Shown one piece after another: positions 38,641-51,605 of a stretch of 64,000 nucleotides of DNA. The notes beneath the pieces are model-generated. The model saw only the letters and a list, made by a program, of their open reading frames with translations, was not told the origin of the DNA and made no database searches. This DNA comes from Balanoglossus misakiensis (taxonomy: Eukaryota > Animalia > Hemichordata): contig CM082578.2 in NCBI GenBank assembly GCA_040954595.2, forward strand, positions 2,214,831 through 2,278,830. The letters run 5' to 3'. The translations under genes and the position numbers were made by a program. Position 1 is the stretch's first letter, and each line of letters begins with the position of its first letter.

Positions 38641-38760
38641 AAGCCTACGGCACGTGGTATTCCCAGGCGGTCACCCATCCAAGTACTAACCACGCCCAAC
38701 GCAGCTTAACTTCGGTGATCGGACGAGAACCGGTGTATTCGACGTGGTATGGCCGTAGGC
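38641..38760 (-). rRNA. 5S rRNA: 5S rRNA (copy 26)
   Basis: Same 120-nt sequence as copy 1. Confidence 0.96.
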
Positions 38761-39703
38761 AAACACTGCTTGAATTTCTACAATTATTAAGCAAACGGAA
38801 GCTTCACTGACACATAGGCGTACACACAGAGCACGCAGCACGATAATTGTGTGCGTGGCCAGCTGATTGACCGACCCTATCTTATAATTTATATGGGAGA
38901 GAGCGGTTTTGTCTTGTTATATCCTACAAAAAGTGACCATATTAAAGTGGAGAAATAATGACCTGATAATTTGTGTGGCCGATCGACCGTCCCTATCTAA
39001 GGCCTATTGGTATGTTATGCAAGACACACTATTCGTAATAACGCCTGTCCGACAGTCCGAGACTGGTTGTTTTTCCATCAGACTGATAGTAAAAAAGTTA
39101 CCAGTCCGGCGGACAGGTTGAATTTAGCGTGGAGTTGACTTGTTTGCGGTATCATAGACGTACGTGACCCCATCGTGACCCTGGCTGTCCGGGATAGCAC
39201 CACCAACGATATCTTTTAGACCATCCTCTGTTTATTAGGCCCCTATTGCAATTAATTACCGTCCCTATCTTATATTGGAGGGAACGGGTTTGTCTTGGCA
39301 TGTTATGCAAAACATTTGAAAGATGAATTTTTTTTTTTAAATGACGTTTATGACATATAGATGTAACCGACCCCATAAGGTCCCAATGGTATATATTTAC
39401 ATCATGCACCAAATTGGACTTAAAAACCAAAAATTGAAAGCCGCTGGAGTTTCTGCGACTATGAACTCAACGTAAGCTGGACACTACTCACTCCGAGCCC
39501 GACCTGGTAATTTGTATGTTGTCCATCGAGCGCCTATAGCTTAGACCTATACAGGAGAGAACGGTTTATGAAGTTATGTTCAACAAAAATATATGATCAT
39601 GGAATTAAAGAATTTGGAGAAAAAAAATATAATTAAAAATGGACGTTTACGACGACAAAAAGGAAGACTGTTTAATGCAAAAGTTAAGAAAAAGGAAAAA
39701 TTC

Positions 39704-39823
39704 AAGCCTACGGCACGTGGTATTCCCAGGCGGTCACCCATCCAAGTACTAACCACGCCCAACGCAGCTTAACTTCGGTGATCGGACGAGAACCGGTGTA
39801 TTCGACGTGGTATGGCCGTAGGC
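39704..39823 (-). rRNA. 5S rRNA: 5S rRNA (copy 27)
   Basis: Same 120-nt sequence as copy 1. Confidence 0.96.
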
Positions 39824-40768
39824 AAACACTGCTTGAATTTCTACAATTATTAAGCAAACGGAAGCTTCACTGACACATAGGCGTACACACAGAGCACGCG
39901 GCACGATAATTGTGTGCGTGGCCAGCTGATTGACCGACCCTATCTTATAATTTATATGGGAGAGAGCGGTTTTGTCTTGTTATATCCTACAAAAAGTGAC
40001 CATATTAAAGTGGAGAAATAATGACCTGATAATTTGTGTGGCCGATCGACCGTCCCTATCTAAGGCCTATATTGGTATGTTATGCAAGACACACTATTCG
40101 AAATAACGCCTGTCCGACAGTCCGAGACTGGTTGTTTTTCCATCAGACTGATAGTAAAAAAGTTACCAGTCCGGCGGACAGGTTGAATTTAGCGTGGAGT
40201 TGACTTGTTTGCGGTATCATAGACGTACGTGACCCCATCGTGACCCTGGCTGTCCGGGATAGCACCACCAACGATATCTTTTAGACCATCCTCTGTTTAT
40301 TAGGCCCCTATTGCAATTAATTACCGTCCCTATCTTATATTGGAGGGCACGGGTTTGTCTTGGCATGTTATGCAAAACACTTGAAAGATGAATTTTTTTT
40401 TTTAAATGACGTTTATGACATACAGATGTAACCGACCCCATAAGGTCCCAATGGTATATATTTACATCATACACCAAATTGGACTTAAAAACCAAAAATT
40501 GAAAGCCGCTGGAGTTTCTGCGACTATGAACTCAACGTAAGCTGGACACTACTCACTCCGAGCCCGACCTGGTAATTTGTATGTTGTCCATCGAGCGCCT
40601 ATAGCTTAGACCTATACAGGAGAGAACGGTTTATGAAGTTATGTTCAACAAAAATATATGATCATGGAATTAAAGAATTTGGAGAAAAAAAATATAATTA
40701 AAAATGGACGTTTACGACGACAAAAAGGAAGACTGTTTAATGCAAAAGTTAAGAAAAAGGAAAAATTC

Positions 40769-40888
40769 AAGCCTACGGCACGTGGTATTCCCAGGCGGTC
40801 ACCCAACCAAGTACTAACCACGCCCAACGCAGCTTAACTTCGGTGATCGGACGAGAACCGGTGTATTCGACGTGGTATGGCCGTAGGC
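40769..40888 (-). rRNA. 5S rRNA: 5S rRNA (copy 28, A83U variant)
   Basis: As copy 1, substitution at 40806 (box C). Confidence 0.96.
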
Positions 40889-41833
40889 AAACACTGCTTG
40901 AATTTCTACAATTATTAAGCAAACGGAAGCTTCACTAACACATATGCGTACACACAGAGCACGCGGCACGATAATTGTGTGCGTGGCCAGCTGATTGACC
41001 GACCCTATCTTATAATTTATATGGGAGAGAGCGGTTTTGTCTTGTTATATCCTACAAAAAGTGACCATATTAAAGTGGAGAAATAATGACCTGATAATTT
41101 GTGTGGCCGATCGACCGTCCCTATCTAAGGCCTATATTGGTATGTTATGCAAGACACACTATTCGAAATAACGCCTGTCCGACAGTCCGAGACTGGTTGT
41201 TTTTCCATCAGACTGATAGTAAAAAAGTTACCAGTCCGGCGGACAGGTTGAATTTAGCGTGGAGTTGACTTGTTTGCGGTATCATAGACGTACGTGACCC
41301 CATCGTGACCCTGGCTGTCCGGGATAGCACCACCAACGATATCTTTTAGACCATCCTCTGTTTATTAGGCCCCTATTGCAATTAATTACCGTCCCTATCT
41401 TATATTGGAGGGCACGGGTTTGTCTTGGCATGTTATGCAAAACACTTGAAAGATGAATTTTTTTTTTTAAATGACGTTTATGACATACAGATGTAACCGA
41501 CCCCATAAGGTCCCAATGGTATATATTTACATCATACACCAAATTGGACTTAAAAACCAAAAATTGAAAGCCGCTGGAGTTTCTGCGACTATGAACTCAA
41601 CGTAAGCTGGACACTACTCACTCCGAGCCCGACCTGGTAATTTGTATGTTGTCCATCGAGCGCCTATAGCTTAGACCTATACAGGAGAGAACGGTTTATG
41701 AAGTTATGTTCAACAAAAATATATGATCATGGAATTAAAGAATTTGGAGAAAAAAAATATAATTAAAAATGGACGTTTACGACGACAAAAAGGAAGACTG
41801 TTTAATGCAAAAGTTAAGAAAAAGGAAACATTC

Positions 41834-41953
41834 AAGCCTACGGCACGTGGTATTCCCAGGCGGTCACCCATCCAAGTACTAACCACGCCCAACGCAGCTT
41901 AACTTCGGTGATCGGACGAGAACCGGTGTATTCGACGTGGTATGGCCGTAGGC
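41834..41953 (-). rRNA. 5S rRNA: 5S rRNA (copy 29)
   Basis: Same 120-nt sequence as copy 1. Confidence 0.96.
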
Positions 41954-42896
41954 AAACACTGCTTGAATTTCTACAATTATTAAGCAAACGGAAGCTTCAC
42001 TAACACATAGGCGTACACACAGAGCACGCGGCACGATAATTGTGTGCGTGGCCAGCTGATTGACCGACCCTATCTTATAATTTATATGGGAGAGAGCGGT
42101 TTTGTCTTGTTATATCCTACAAAAAGTGACCATATTAAAGTGGAGAAATAATGACCTGATAATTTGTGTGGCCGATCGACCGTCCCTATCTAAGGCCTAT
42201 ATTGGTATGTTATGCAAGACACACTATTCGAAATAACGCCTGTCCGACAGTCCGAGACTGGTTGTTTTTCCATCAGACTGATAGTAAAAAAGTTACCAGT
42301 CCGGCGGACAGGTTGAATTTAGCGTGGAGTTGACTTGTTTGCGGTATCATAGACGTACGTGACCCCATCGTGACCCTGGCTGTCCGGGATAGCACCACCA
42401 ACGATATCTTTTAGACCATCCTCTGTTTATTAGGCCCCTATTGCAATTAATTACCGTCCCTATCTTATATTGGAGGGCACGGGTTTGTCTTGGCATGTTA
42501 TGCAAAACACTTGAAAGATGAATTTTTTTTTAAATGACGTTTATGACATACAGATGTAACCGACCCCATAAGGTCCCAATGGTATATATTTACATCATAC
42601 ACCAAATTGGACTTAAAAACCAAAAATTGAAAGCCGCTGGAGTTTCTGCGACTATGAACTCAACGTAAGCTGGACACTACTCACTCCGAGCCCGACCTGG
42701 TAATTTGTATGTTGTCCATCGAGCGCCTATAGCTTAGACCTATACAGGAGAGAACGGTTTATGAAGTTATGTTCAACAAAAATATATGATCATGGAATTA
42801 AAGAATTTGGAGAAAAAAAATATAATTAAAAATGGACGTTTACGACGACAAAAAGGAAGACTGTTTAATGCAAAAGTTAAGAAAAAGGAAAAATTC

Positions 42897-43016
42897 AAGC
42901 CTACGGCACGTGGTATTCCCAGGCGGTCACCCATCCAAGTACTAACCACGCCCAACGCAGCTTAACTTCGGTGATCGGACGAGAACCGGTGTATTCGACG
43001 TGGTATGGCCGTAGGC
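42897..43016 (-). rRNA. 5S rRNA: 5S rRNA (copy 30)
   Basis: Same 120-nt sequence as copy 1. Confidence 0.96.
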
Positions 43017-43736
43017 AAACACTGCTTGAATTTCTACAATTATTAAGCAAACGGAAGCTTCACTAACACATAGGCGTACACACAGAGCACGCGGCACGAT
43101 AATTGTGTGCGTGGCCAGCTGATTGACCGACCCTATCTTATAATTTATATGGGAGAGAGCGGTTTTGTCTTGTTATATCCTACAAAAAGTGACCATATTA
43201 AAGTGGAGAAATAATGACCTGATAATTTGTGTGGCCGATCGACCGTCCCTATCTAAGGCCTATATTGGTATGTTATGCAAGACACACTATTCGAAATAAC
43301 GCCTGTCCGACAGTCCGAGACTGGTTGTTTTTCCATCAGACTGATAGTAAAAAAGTTACCAGTCCGGCGGACAGGTTGAATTTAGCGTGGAGTTGACTTG
43401 TTTGCGGTATCATAGACGTACGTGACCCCATCGTGACCCTGGCTGTCCGGGATAGCACCACCAACGATATCTTTTAGACCATCCTCTGTTTATTAGGCCC
43501 CTATTGCAATTAATTACCGTCCCTATCTTATATTGGAGGGCACGGGTTTGTCTTGGCATGTTATGCAAAACACTTGAAAGATGATTTTTTTTTTTTAAAT
43601 GACGTTTATGACATACAGATGTAACCGACCCCATAAGGTCCCAATGGTATATATTTACATCATACACCAAATTGGACTTAAAAACCAAAAATTGAAAGCC
43701 GCTGGAGTTTCTGCGACTATGAACTCAACGTAAGCT

Positions 43737-46470
43737 TTAAGACTTTTCTACCAAAATACAAGAAGTATTGCTGGTCCAAACAAGCTTCCCAAGTTTAACA
43801 TTCAATTTTCTGATGCTGTGTTTGACTTGATTGTAATCACAGAAACTTGGTTGCACACCTCGGTTAACTGCAGTGAACTCCTAAACAATCAGTACTCTAT
43901 TTTTCGTCGCGATCGTGATGCATCGACCAGTTGCAAGTCCCGTGGTGGTGGAGTACTCATCGCAGTCAGATCGGATATAGAAGCTCGTCAGTGCTCTGAT
44001 GTAGATTCTAATGCTAACATTGAAATTATATGGATCCAACTTAATCTTTTAAACACCAATCTGTATCTAGGTGTTGTTTATATGCCGCCAAACTCCAACC
44101 TTCAGTCATATAACATTCTAGACGATAGTATTGACCGTATAAGTCATCTTTGTACGCCTAATGACTCCATTCTGCTGCTTGGTGACTTCAATCTACCAGA
44201 TATCTCTTGGGTTCCTGATGTGGAGTTGGACCACTTTGTTCCTAGTGCATGGTCCTCTGCTTCTTCTGAGAGATTTATTGATACTCTTAACGAACACAAT
44301 CTGCTCCAAGTAAACGGTCATCCCACCTGTAATGGTCATACACTTGACCTGGTTTGTTCAAGCTTCACCAAGATTTCCGTTTCAGTAAGTGAATCTGTTA
44401 TTCCATCTGACCATCTTCCACTCGAATGTGACATTAATCTGGCTGCTCCAAAGCGGGTTTCTTACCCTGATCTTTGGGTCTACAACTATAAGAATGCGGA
44501 CTTCGACCACTTAAAAACCAATATTTCCTCACTCCCTTGGACTGCACTTCTAAACAGCTCCAACATCGACGATGATGCTGAACTTTTCTATGACCTCCTA
44601 CAATCGGCTATAGACGACACAATTCCTAAAGTCCGCATAAAAAGAAGAAAGTTCCCCCTGTGGTTTGACGCCGATCTAATCTCCCTTGTAAGGGAGAAGG
44701 AAATCGCGAGACGCCAGTATAAACGCACTCAGACTCGTTCCGACTACTCTGTCTTCTCGCGTCTGCGTGCTCAACTTAACCTAGCCAAGGACGTACGTTA
44801 TCGGGAATATCTCTCAGATGTCCAGGCCTCCATCCACGAAAACAGCAAACGTTTTTGGGGTTATGCGAAATCCAAGCGTAAATTGACTCTGAACTCTTTT
44901 AACTTTGAACTTAACGGCAAGCAGTCTAACTCAGGCTCCGAAGCTGCTCAACTTTTTGCCGATTTTTTTGCCTCTGTTTTCACTGAAAACAATGACCCTA
45001 ATTTACCTGAGCTTAATTATCCTTGCTTTGGGCAACTCTCACATGTCAATATCAGTACCCAGAGTATTGAGAAAGCCATCGCATCTCTTGACTTGAACAA
45101 AGCCAGTGGCCCGGATGGTTTATCCGCCCGTGTCATTAAACACTGTTCAGATGTTATTGTTGTCCCCCTCCAGATTTTATTCCAAAAATCAATTTATCTG
45201 GGACACTTTCCTACCAAGTTCAAACAGGCCAATGTTGTCCCCATTTTTAAATCTGGTCGCCAATCCTTTGTTGAGAATTACCGCCCCATCTCCTTGTTGC
45301 CTCTTTTTGCTAAGATTTTCGAAGCTGTTATTGTCCCTCATATCTACCAGCATGTTCGACCAAATATATCCATTTATCAGCATGGATTTGTTAAAAATAG
45401 ATCTACCACAACAAACTTAGTGGCTTACACTGATTTCATTTCAGCTTCATTGAACAACAAAGAACAGGTAGATTCAATCTACACTGATTTTAGCAAGGCG
45501 TTTGACAGTGTCTGTCACACACTACTGCTGTACAAAGCCGCCAAATTTGGTATATGTGGCAATTTGCACAGCTGGCTGGCGTCGTATCTCCATCTCAGAC
45601 AACAGAGGGTGGTGTTTGGCAGTCACTCGTCAAACAGCTTCACTGCTACATCGGGGGTCCCACAAGGTTCACTCTTGGGGCCACTACTTTTTGTAATGTA
45701 TATAAATGATATATAACTGTTAGATATTTCTGCAAAGCTCAGCATTCAATCAGTTCAAATTCATCAGTTTCACCCTAAAGAAAAGGGTTATTTCATCTAC
45801 TGACTACTCTATCAATGGCACTCCCCTTCAACGTGTTTCTGTAATCAAGGACTTGGGCATATACCTTACTTCTAATCTCAATTATTCTTTTCACATAAAT
45901 AACACAGTATCCAGAGCCTTCAAATCTCTGGGTTTTATTAAGCGCCTCTGCCAGCCTTTTAATGACATGTCCGCAATTATTTCTCTATATTTTGTTTATG
46001 TAAGATCTATTCTAGAGTATGGCTCTGTTGTGTGGTCACCCCACCAACAGGGCCTGTCAGACAAGATTGAGCGGGTACAAATTAAGTTTGTGAAGTACAT
46101 TTGTTGCAAACTCAATATTCACTGCAGCAGGTCCAGCTACCCTATTTATTGTAGATTACTGAATATCCCAATGTTATATAACAGAAGATTCACCCTTGAC
46201 ATGTGTTTTTTATACAAAATTATCCACTCACAGTATGATTCACCTGGTATTTTAAATCAAATATGTTTTTATGCCCCTAGTAGAAATTTACGCAAGAAAC
46301 CCTTTTTTAAACCCGACTTGTGCTCCGTTAATTGTAGAAAATTCTCGACAATGCTCAGATGCATGTCTGCTTTTAATGAGATTTCTTCTAAATGTAATAG
46401 TAATATTTTTTCTACGCTCCACAGATTTAAATCTATTTTATCCAGTCATTTTAATGGTACTGTTCCTTGA
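43737..46470 (+). pseudogene. LINE ORF2 APE-RT, stop at 45714-45716 and deletion of the YADD region
   Basis: ORFs 43818-45716 and 45853-46470; 129 bp present in A1 (9585-9713) are replaced by a 10-bp filler. Confidence 0.9.
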
Positions 46471-46629
46471 TTTGTATTTATATTTTACGTGACATGTGTT
46501 ACTTTTTTCGGTGTCTTGTTTATCAGTTAGTTTTTGTTTTGTGATTTAATTGTTTTTATTGTTTCCCAGATCTGTAAGTGGGTTTGCCCGTTGATCTGTG
46601 TAATAAATAAATAAATAAAAAAAAAAAAA
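43737..46629 (+). mobile_element. LINE family A, copy A2 (internal deletion in RT)
   Basis: Same junctions as A1, TSD GTAAGCT at 43730-43736 and 46630-46636; A13 tail. Confidence 0.92.
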
Positions 46630-46861
46630 GTAAGCTGGACACTACTCACTCCGAGCCCGACCTGGTAATTTGTATGTTGTCCATCGAGCGCCTATAGCTT
46701 AGACCTATACAGGAGAGAACGGTTTATGAAGTTATGTTCAACAAAAATATATGATCATGGAATTAAAGAATTTGGAGAAAAAAAATATAATTAAAAATGG
46801 ACGTTTACGACGACAAAAAGGAAGACTGTTTAATGCAAAAGTTAAGAAAAAGGAAAAATTC

Positions 46862-46981
46862 AAGCCTACGGCACGTGGTATTCCCAGGCGGTCACCCATC
46901 CAAGTACTAACCACGCCCAACGCAGCTTAACTACGGTGATCGGACGAGAACCGGTGTATTCGACGTGGTATGGCCGTAGGC
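46862..46981 (-). rRNA. 5S rRNA: 5S rRNA (copy 31, A49U variant)
   Basis: Same variant as copy 22. Confidence 0.96.
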
Positions 46982-47928
46982 AAACACTGCTTGAATTTCT
47001 ACAATTATTAAGCAAACGGAAGCTTCACTAACACATAGGCGTACACACAGAGCACGCGGCACGATAATTGTGTGCGTGGCCAGCTGATTGACCGACCCTA
47101 TCTTATAATTTATATGGGAGAGAGCGGTTTTGTCTTGTTATATCCTACAAAAAGTGACCATATTAAAGTGGAGAAATAATGACCTGATAATTTGTGTGGC
47201 CGATCGACCGTCCCTATCTAAGGCCTATATTGGTATGTTATGCAAGACACACTATTCGAAATAACGCCTGTCCGACAGTCCGAGACTGGTTGTTTTTCCA
47301 TCAGACTGATAGTAAAAAAGTTACCAGTCCGGCGGACAGGTTGAATTTAGCGTGGAGTTGACTTGTTTGCGGTATCATAGACGTACGTGACCCCATCGTG
47401 ACCCTGGCTGTCCGGGATAGCACCACCAACGATATCTTTTAGACCATCCTCTGTTTATTAGGCCCCTATTGCAATTAATTACCGTCCCTATCTTATATTG
47501 GAGGGCACGGGTTTGTCTTGGCATGTTATGCAAAACACTTGAAAGATGAATTTTTTTTTTTTTTAATGACGTTTATGACATACAGATGTAACCGACCCCA
47601 TAAGGTCCCAATGGTATATATTTACATCATACACCAAATTGGACTTAAAAACCAAAAATTGAAAGCCGCTGGAGTTTCTGCGACTATGAACTCAACGTAA
47701 GCTGGACACTACTCACTCCGAGCCCGACCTGGTAATTTGTATGTTGTCCATCGAGCGCCTATAGCTTAGACCTATACAGGAGAGAACGGTTTATGAAGTT
47801 ATGTTCAACAAAAATATATGATCATGGAATTAAAGAATTTGGAGAAAAAAAATATAATTAAAAATGGACGTTTACGACGACAAAAAGGAAGACTGTTTAA
47901 TGCAAAAGTTAAGAAAAAGGAAAAATTC

Positions 47929-48048
47929 AAGCCTACGGCACGTGGTATTCCCAGGCGGTCACCCATCCAAGTACTAACCACGCCCAACGCAGCTTAACTA
48001 CGGTGATCGGACGAGAACCGGTGTATTCGACGTGGTATGGCCGTAGGC
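47929..48048 (-). rRNA. 5S rRNA: 5S rRNA (copy 32, A49U variant)
   Basis: Same variant as copy 22. Confidence 0.96.
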
Positions 48049-48990
48049 AAACACTGCTTGAATTTCTACAATTATTAAGCAAACGGAAGCTTCACTAACA
48101 CATAGGCGTACACACAGAGCACGCGGCACGATAATTGTGTGCGTGGCCAGCTGATTGACCGACCCTATCTTATAATTTATATGGGAGAGAGCGGTTTTGT
48201 CTTGTTATATCCTACAAAAAGTGACCATATTAAAGTGGAGAAATAATGACCTGATAATTTGTGTGGCCGATCGACCGTCCCTATCTAAGGCCTATATTGG
48301 TATGTTATGCAAGACACACTATTCTAACGCCTGTCCGACAGTCCGAGACTGGTTGTTTCTCCATCAGACTGATAGTAAAAAAAGTTACCAGTCCGGCGGA
48401 CAGGTTGAATTTAGCGTGGAGTTGACTTGTTTGCGGTATCATAGACGTACGTGACCCCATCGTGACCCTGGCTGTCCGGGATAGCACCACCAACGATATC
48501 TTTTAGACCATCCTCTGTTTATTAGGCCCCTATTGCAATTAATTACCGTCCCTATCTTATATTGGAGGGAACGGGTTTGTCTTGGCATGTTATGCAAAAC
48601 ACTTGAAAGATGAATTTTTTTTTTTAAATGACGTTTATGACATACAGATGTAACCGACCCCATAAGGTCCCAATGGTATATATTTACATCATACACCAAA
48701 TTGGACTTAAAAACCAAAAATTGAAAGCCGCTGGAGTTTCTGCGACTATGAACTCAACGTAAGCTGGACACTACTCACTCCGAGCCCGACCTGGTAATTT
48801 GTATGTTGTCCATCGAGCGCCTATAGCTTAGACCTATACAGGAGAGAACGGTTTATGAAGTTATGTTCAACAAAAATATATGATCATGGAATTAAAGAAT
48901 TTGGAGAAAAAATATATAATTAAAAATGGACGTTTACGACGACAAAAAGGAAGACTGTTTAATGCAAAAGTTAAGAAAAAGGAAAAATTC

Positions 48991-49110
48991 AAGCCTACGG
49001 CACGTGGTATTCACAGGCGGTCACCCATCCAAGTACTAACCACGCCCAACGCAGCTTAACTTCGGTGATCGGACGAGAACCAGTGTATTCGACGTGGTAT
49101 GGCCGTAGGC
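48991..49110 (-). rRNA. 5S rRNA: 5S rRNA (copy 33, C29U + G98U variant)
   Basis: Two substitutions (49013, 49082). Confidence 0.94.
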
Positions 49111-50055
49111 AAACACTGCTTGAATTTCTACAATTATTAAGCAAACGGAAGCTTCACTAACACATAGGCGTACACACAGAGCACGCGGCACGATAATTGT
49201 GTGCGTGGCCAGCTGATTGACCGACCCTATCTTATAATTTATATGGGAGAGAGCGGTTTTGTCTTGTTATATCCTACAAAAAGTGACCATATTAAAGTGG
49301 AGAAATAATGACCTGATAATTTGTGTAGCCGATCGACCGTCCCTATCTAAGGCCTATATTGGTATGTTATGCAAGACACACTATTCGAAATAACGCCTGT
49401 CCGACAGTCCGAGACTGGTTGTTTTTCCATCAGACTGATAGTAAAAAAGTTACCAGTCCGGCGGACAGGTTGAATTTAGCGTGGAGTTGACTTGTTTGCG
49501 GTATCATAGACGTACGTGACCCCATCGTGACCCTGGCTGTCCGGGATAGCACCACCAACGATATCTTTTAGACCATCCTCTGTTTATTAGGCCCCTATTG
49601 CAATTAATTACCGTCCCTATCTTATATTGGAGGGAAAGGGTTTGTCTTGGCATGTTATGCAAAACACTTGAAAGATGAATTTTTTTTTTTAAATGACGTT
49701 TATGACATACAGATGTAACCGACCCCATAAGGTCCCAATGGTATATATTAACATCATACACCAAATTGGACTTAAAAACCAAAAATTGAAAGCCGCTGGA
49801 GTTTCTGCGACTATGAACTCAACGTAAGCTGGACACTACTCACTCCGAGCCCGACCTGGTAATTTGTATGTTGTCCATCGAGCGCCTATAGCTTAGACCT
49901 ATACAGGAGAGAACGGTTTATGAAGTTATGTTCAACAAAAATATATGATCATGGAATTAAAGAATTTGGAGAAAAAAAATATAATTAAAAATGGACGTTT
50001 ACGACGACAAAAAGGAAGACTGTTTAATGCAAAAGTTAAGAAAAAGGAAAAATTC

Positions 50056-50175
50056 AAGCCTACGGCACGTGGTATTCCCAGGCGGTCACCCATCCAAGTA
50101 CTAACCACGCCCAACGCAGCTTAACTTCGGTGATCGGACGAGAACCGGTGTATTCGACGTGGTATGGCCGTAGGC
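50056..50175 (-). rRNA. 5S rRNA: 5S rRNA (copy 34)
   Basis: Same 120-nt sequence as copy 1. Confidence 0.96.
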
Positions 50176-51120
50176 AAACACTGCTTGAATTTCTACAATT
50201 ATTAAGCAAACGGAAGCTTCACTAACACATAGGCGTACACACAGAGCACGCGGCACGATAATTGTGTGCGTGGCCAGCTGATTGACCGACCCTATCTTAT
50301 AATTTATATGGGAGAGAGCGGTTTTGTCTTGTTATATCCTACAAAAAGTGACCATATTAAAGTGGAGAAATAATGACCTGATAATTTGTGTGGCCGATCG
50401 ACCGTCCCTATCTAAGGCCTATATTGGTATGTTATGCAAGACACACTATTCGAAATAACGCCTGTCCGACAGTCCGAGACTGGTTGTTTTTCCATCAGAC
50501 TGATAGTAAAAAAGTTACCAGTCCGGCGGACAGGTTGAATTTAGCGTGGAGTTGACTTGTTTGCGGTATCATAGACGTACGTGACCCCATCGTGACCCTG
50601 GCTGTCCGGGATAGCACCACCAACGATATCTTTTAGACCATCCTCTGTTTATTAGGCCCCTATTGCAATTAATTACCGTCCCTATCTTATATTGGAGGGA
50701 ACGGGTTTGTCTTGGCATGTTATGCAAAACACTTGAAAGATGAATTTTTTTTTTTAAATGACGTTTATGACATACAGATGTAACCGACCCCATAAGGTCC
50801 CAATGGTATATATTAACATCATACACCAAATTGGACTTAAAAACCAAAAATTGAAAGCCGCTGGAGTTTCTGCGACTATGAACTCAACGTAAGCTGGACA
50901 CTACTCACTCCGAGCCCGACCTGGTAATTTGTATGTTGTCCATCGAGCGCCTATAGCTTAGACCTATACAGGAGAGAACGGTTTATGAAGTTATGTTCAA
51001 CAAAAATATATGATCATGGAATTAAAGAATTTGGAGAAAAAAAATATAATTAAAAATGGACGTTTACGACGACAAAAAGGAAGACTGTTTAATGCAAAAG
51101 TTAAGAAAAAGGAAAAATTC

Positions 51121-51240
51121 AAGCCTACGGCACGTGGTATTCCCAGGCGGTCACCCATCCAAGTACTAACCACGCCCAACGCAGCTTAACTTCGGTGATC
51201 GGACGAGAACCGGTGTATTCGACGTGGTATGGCCGTAGGC
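51121..51240 (-). rRNA. 5S rRNA: 5S rRNA (copy 35)
   Basis: Same 120-nt sequence as copy 1. Confidence 0.96.
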
Positions 51241-51605
51241 AAACACTGCTTGAATTTCTACAATTATTAAGCAAACGGAAGCTTCACTAACACATAGGCG
51301 TACACACAGAGCACGCGGCACGATAATTGTGTGCGTGGCCAGCTGATTGACCGACCCTATCTTATAATTTATATGGGAGAGAGCGGTTTTGTCTTGTTAT
51401 ATCCTACAAAAAGTGACCATATTAAAGTGGAGAAATAATGACCTGATAATTTGTGTGGCCGATCGACCGTCCCTATCTAAGGCCTATATTGGTATGTTAT
51501 GCAAGACACACTATTCGAAATAACGCCTGTCCGACAGTCCGAGACTGGTTGTTTTTCCATCAGACTGATAGTAAAAAAGTTACCAGTCCGGCGGACAGGT
51601 TGAAT

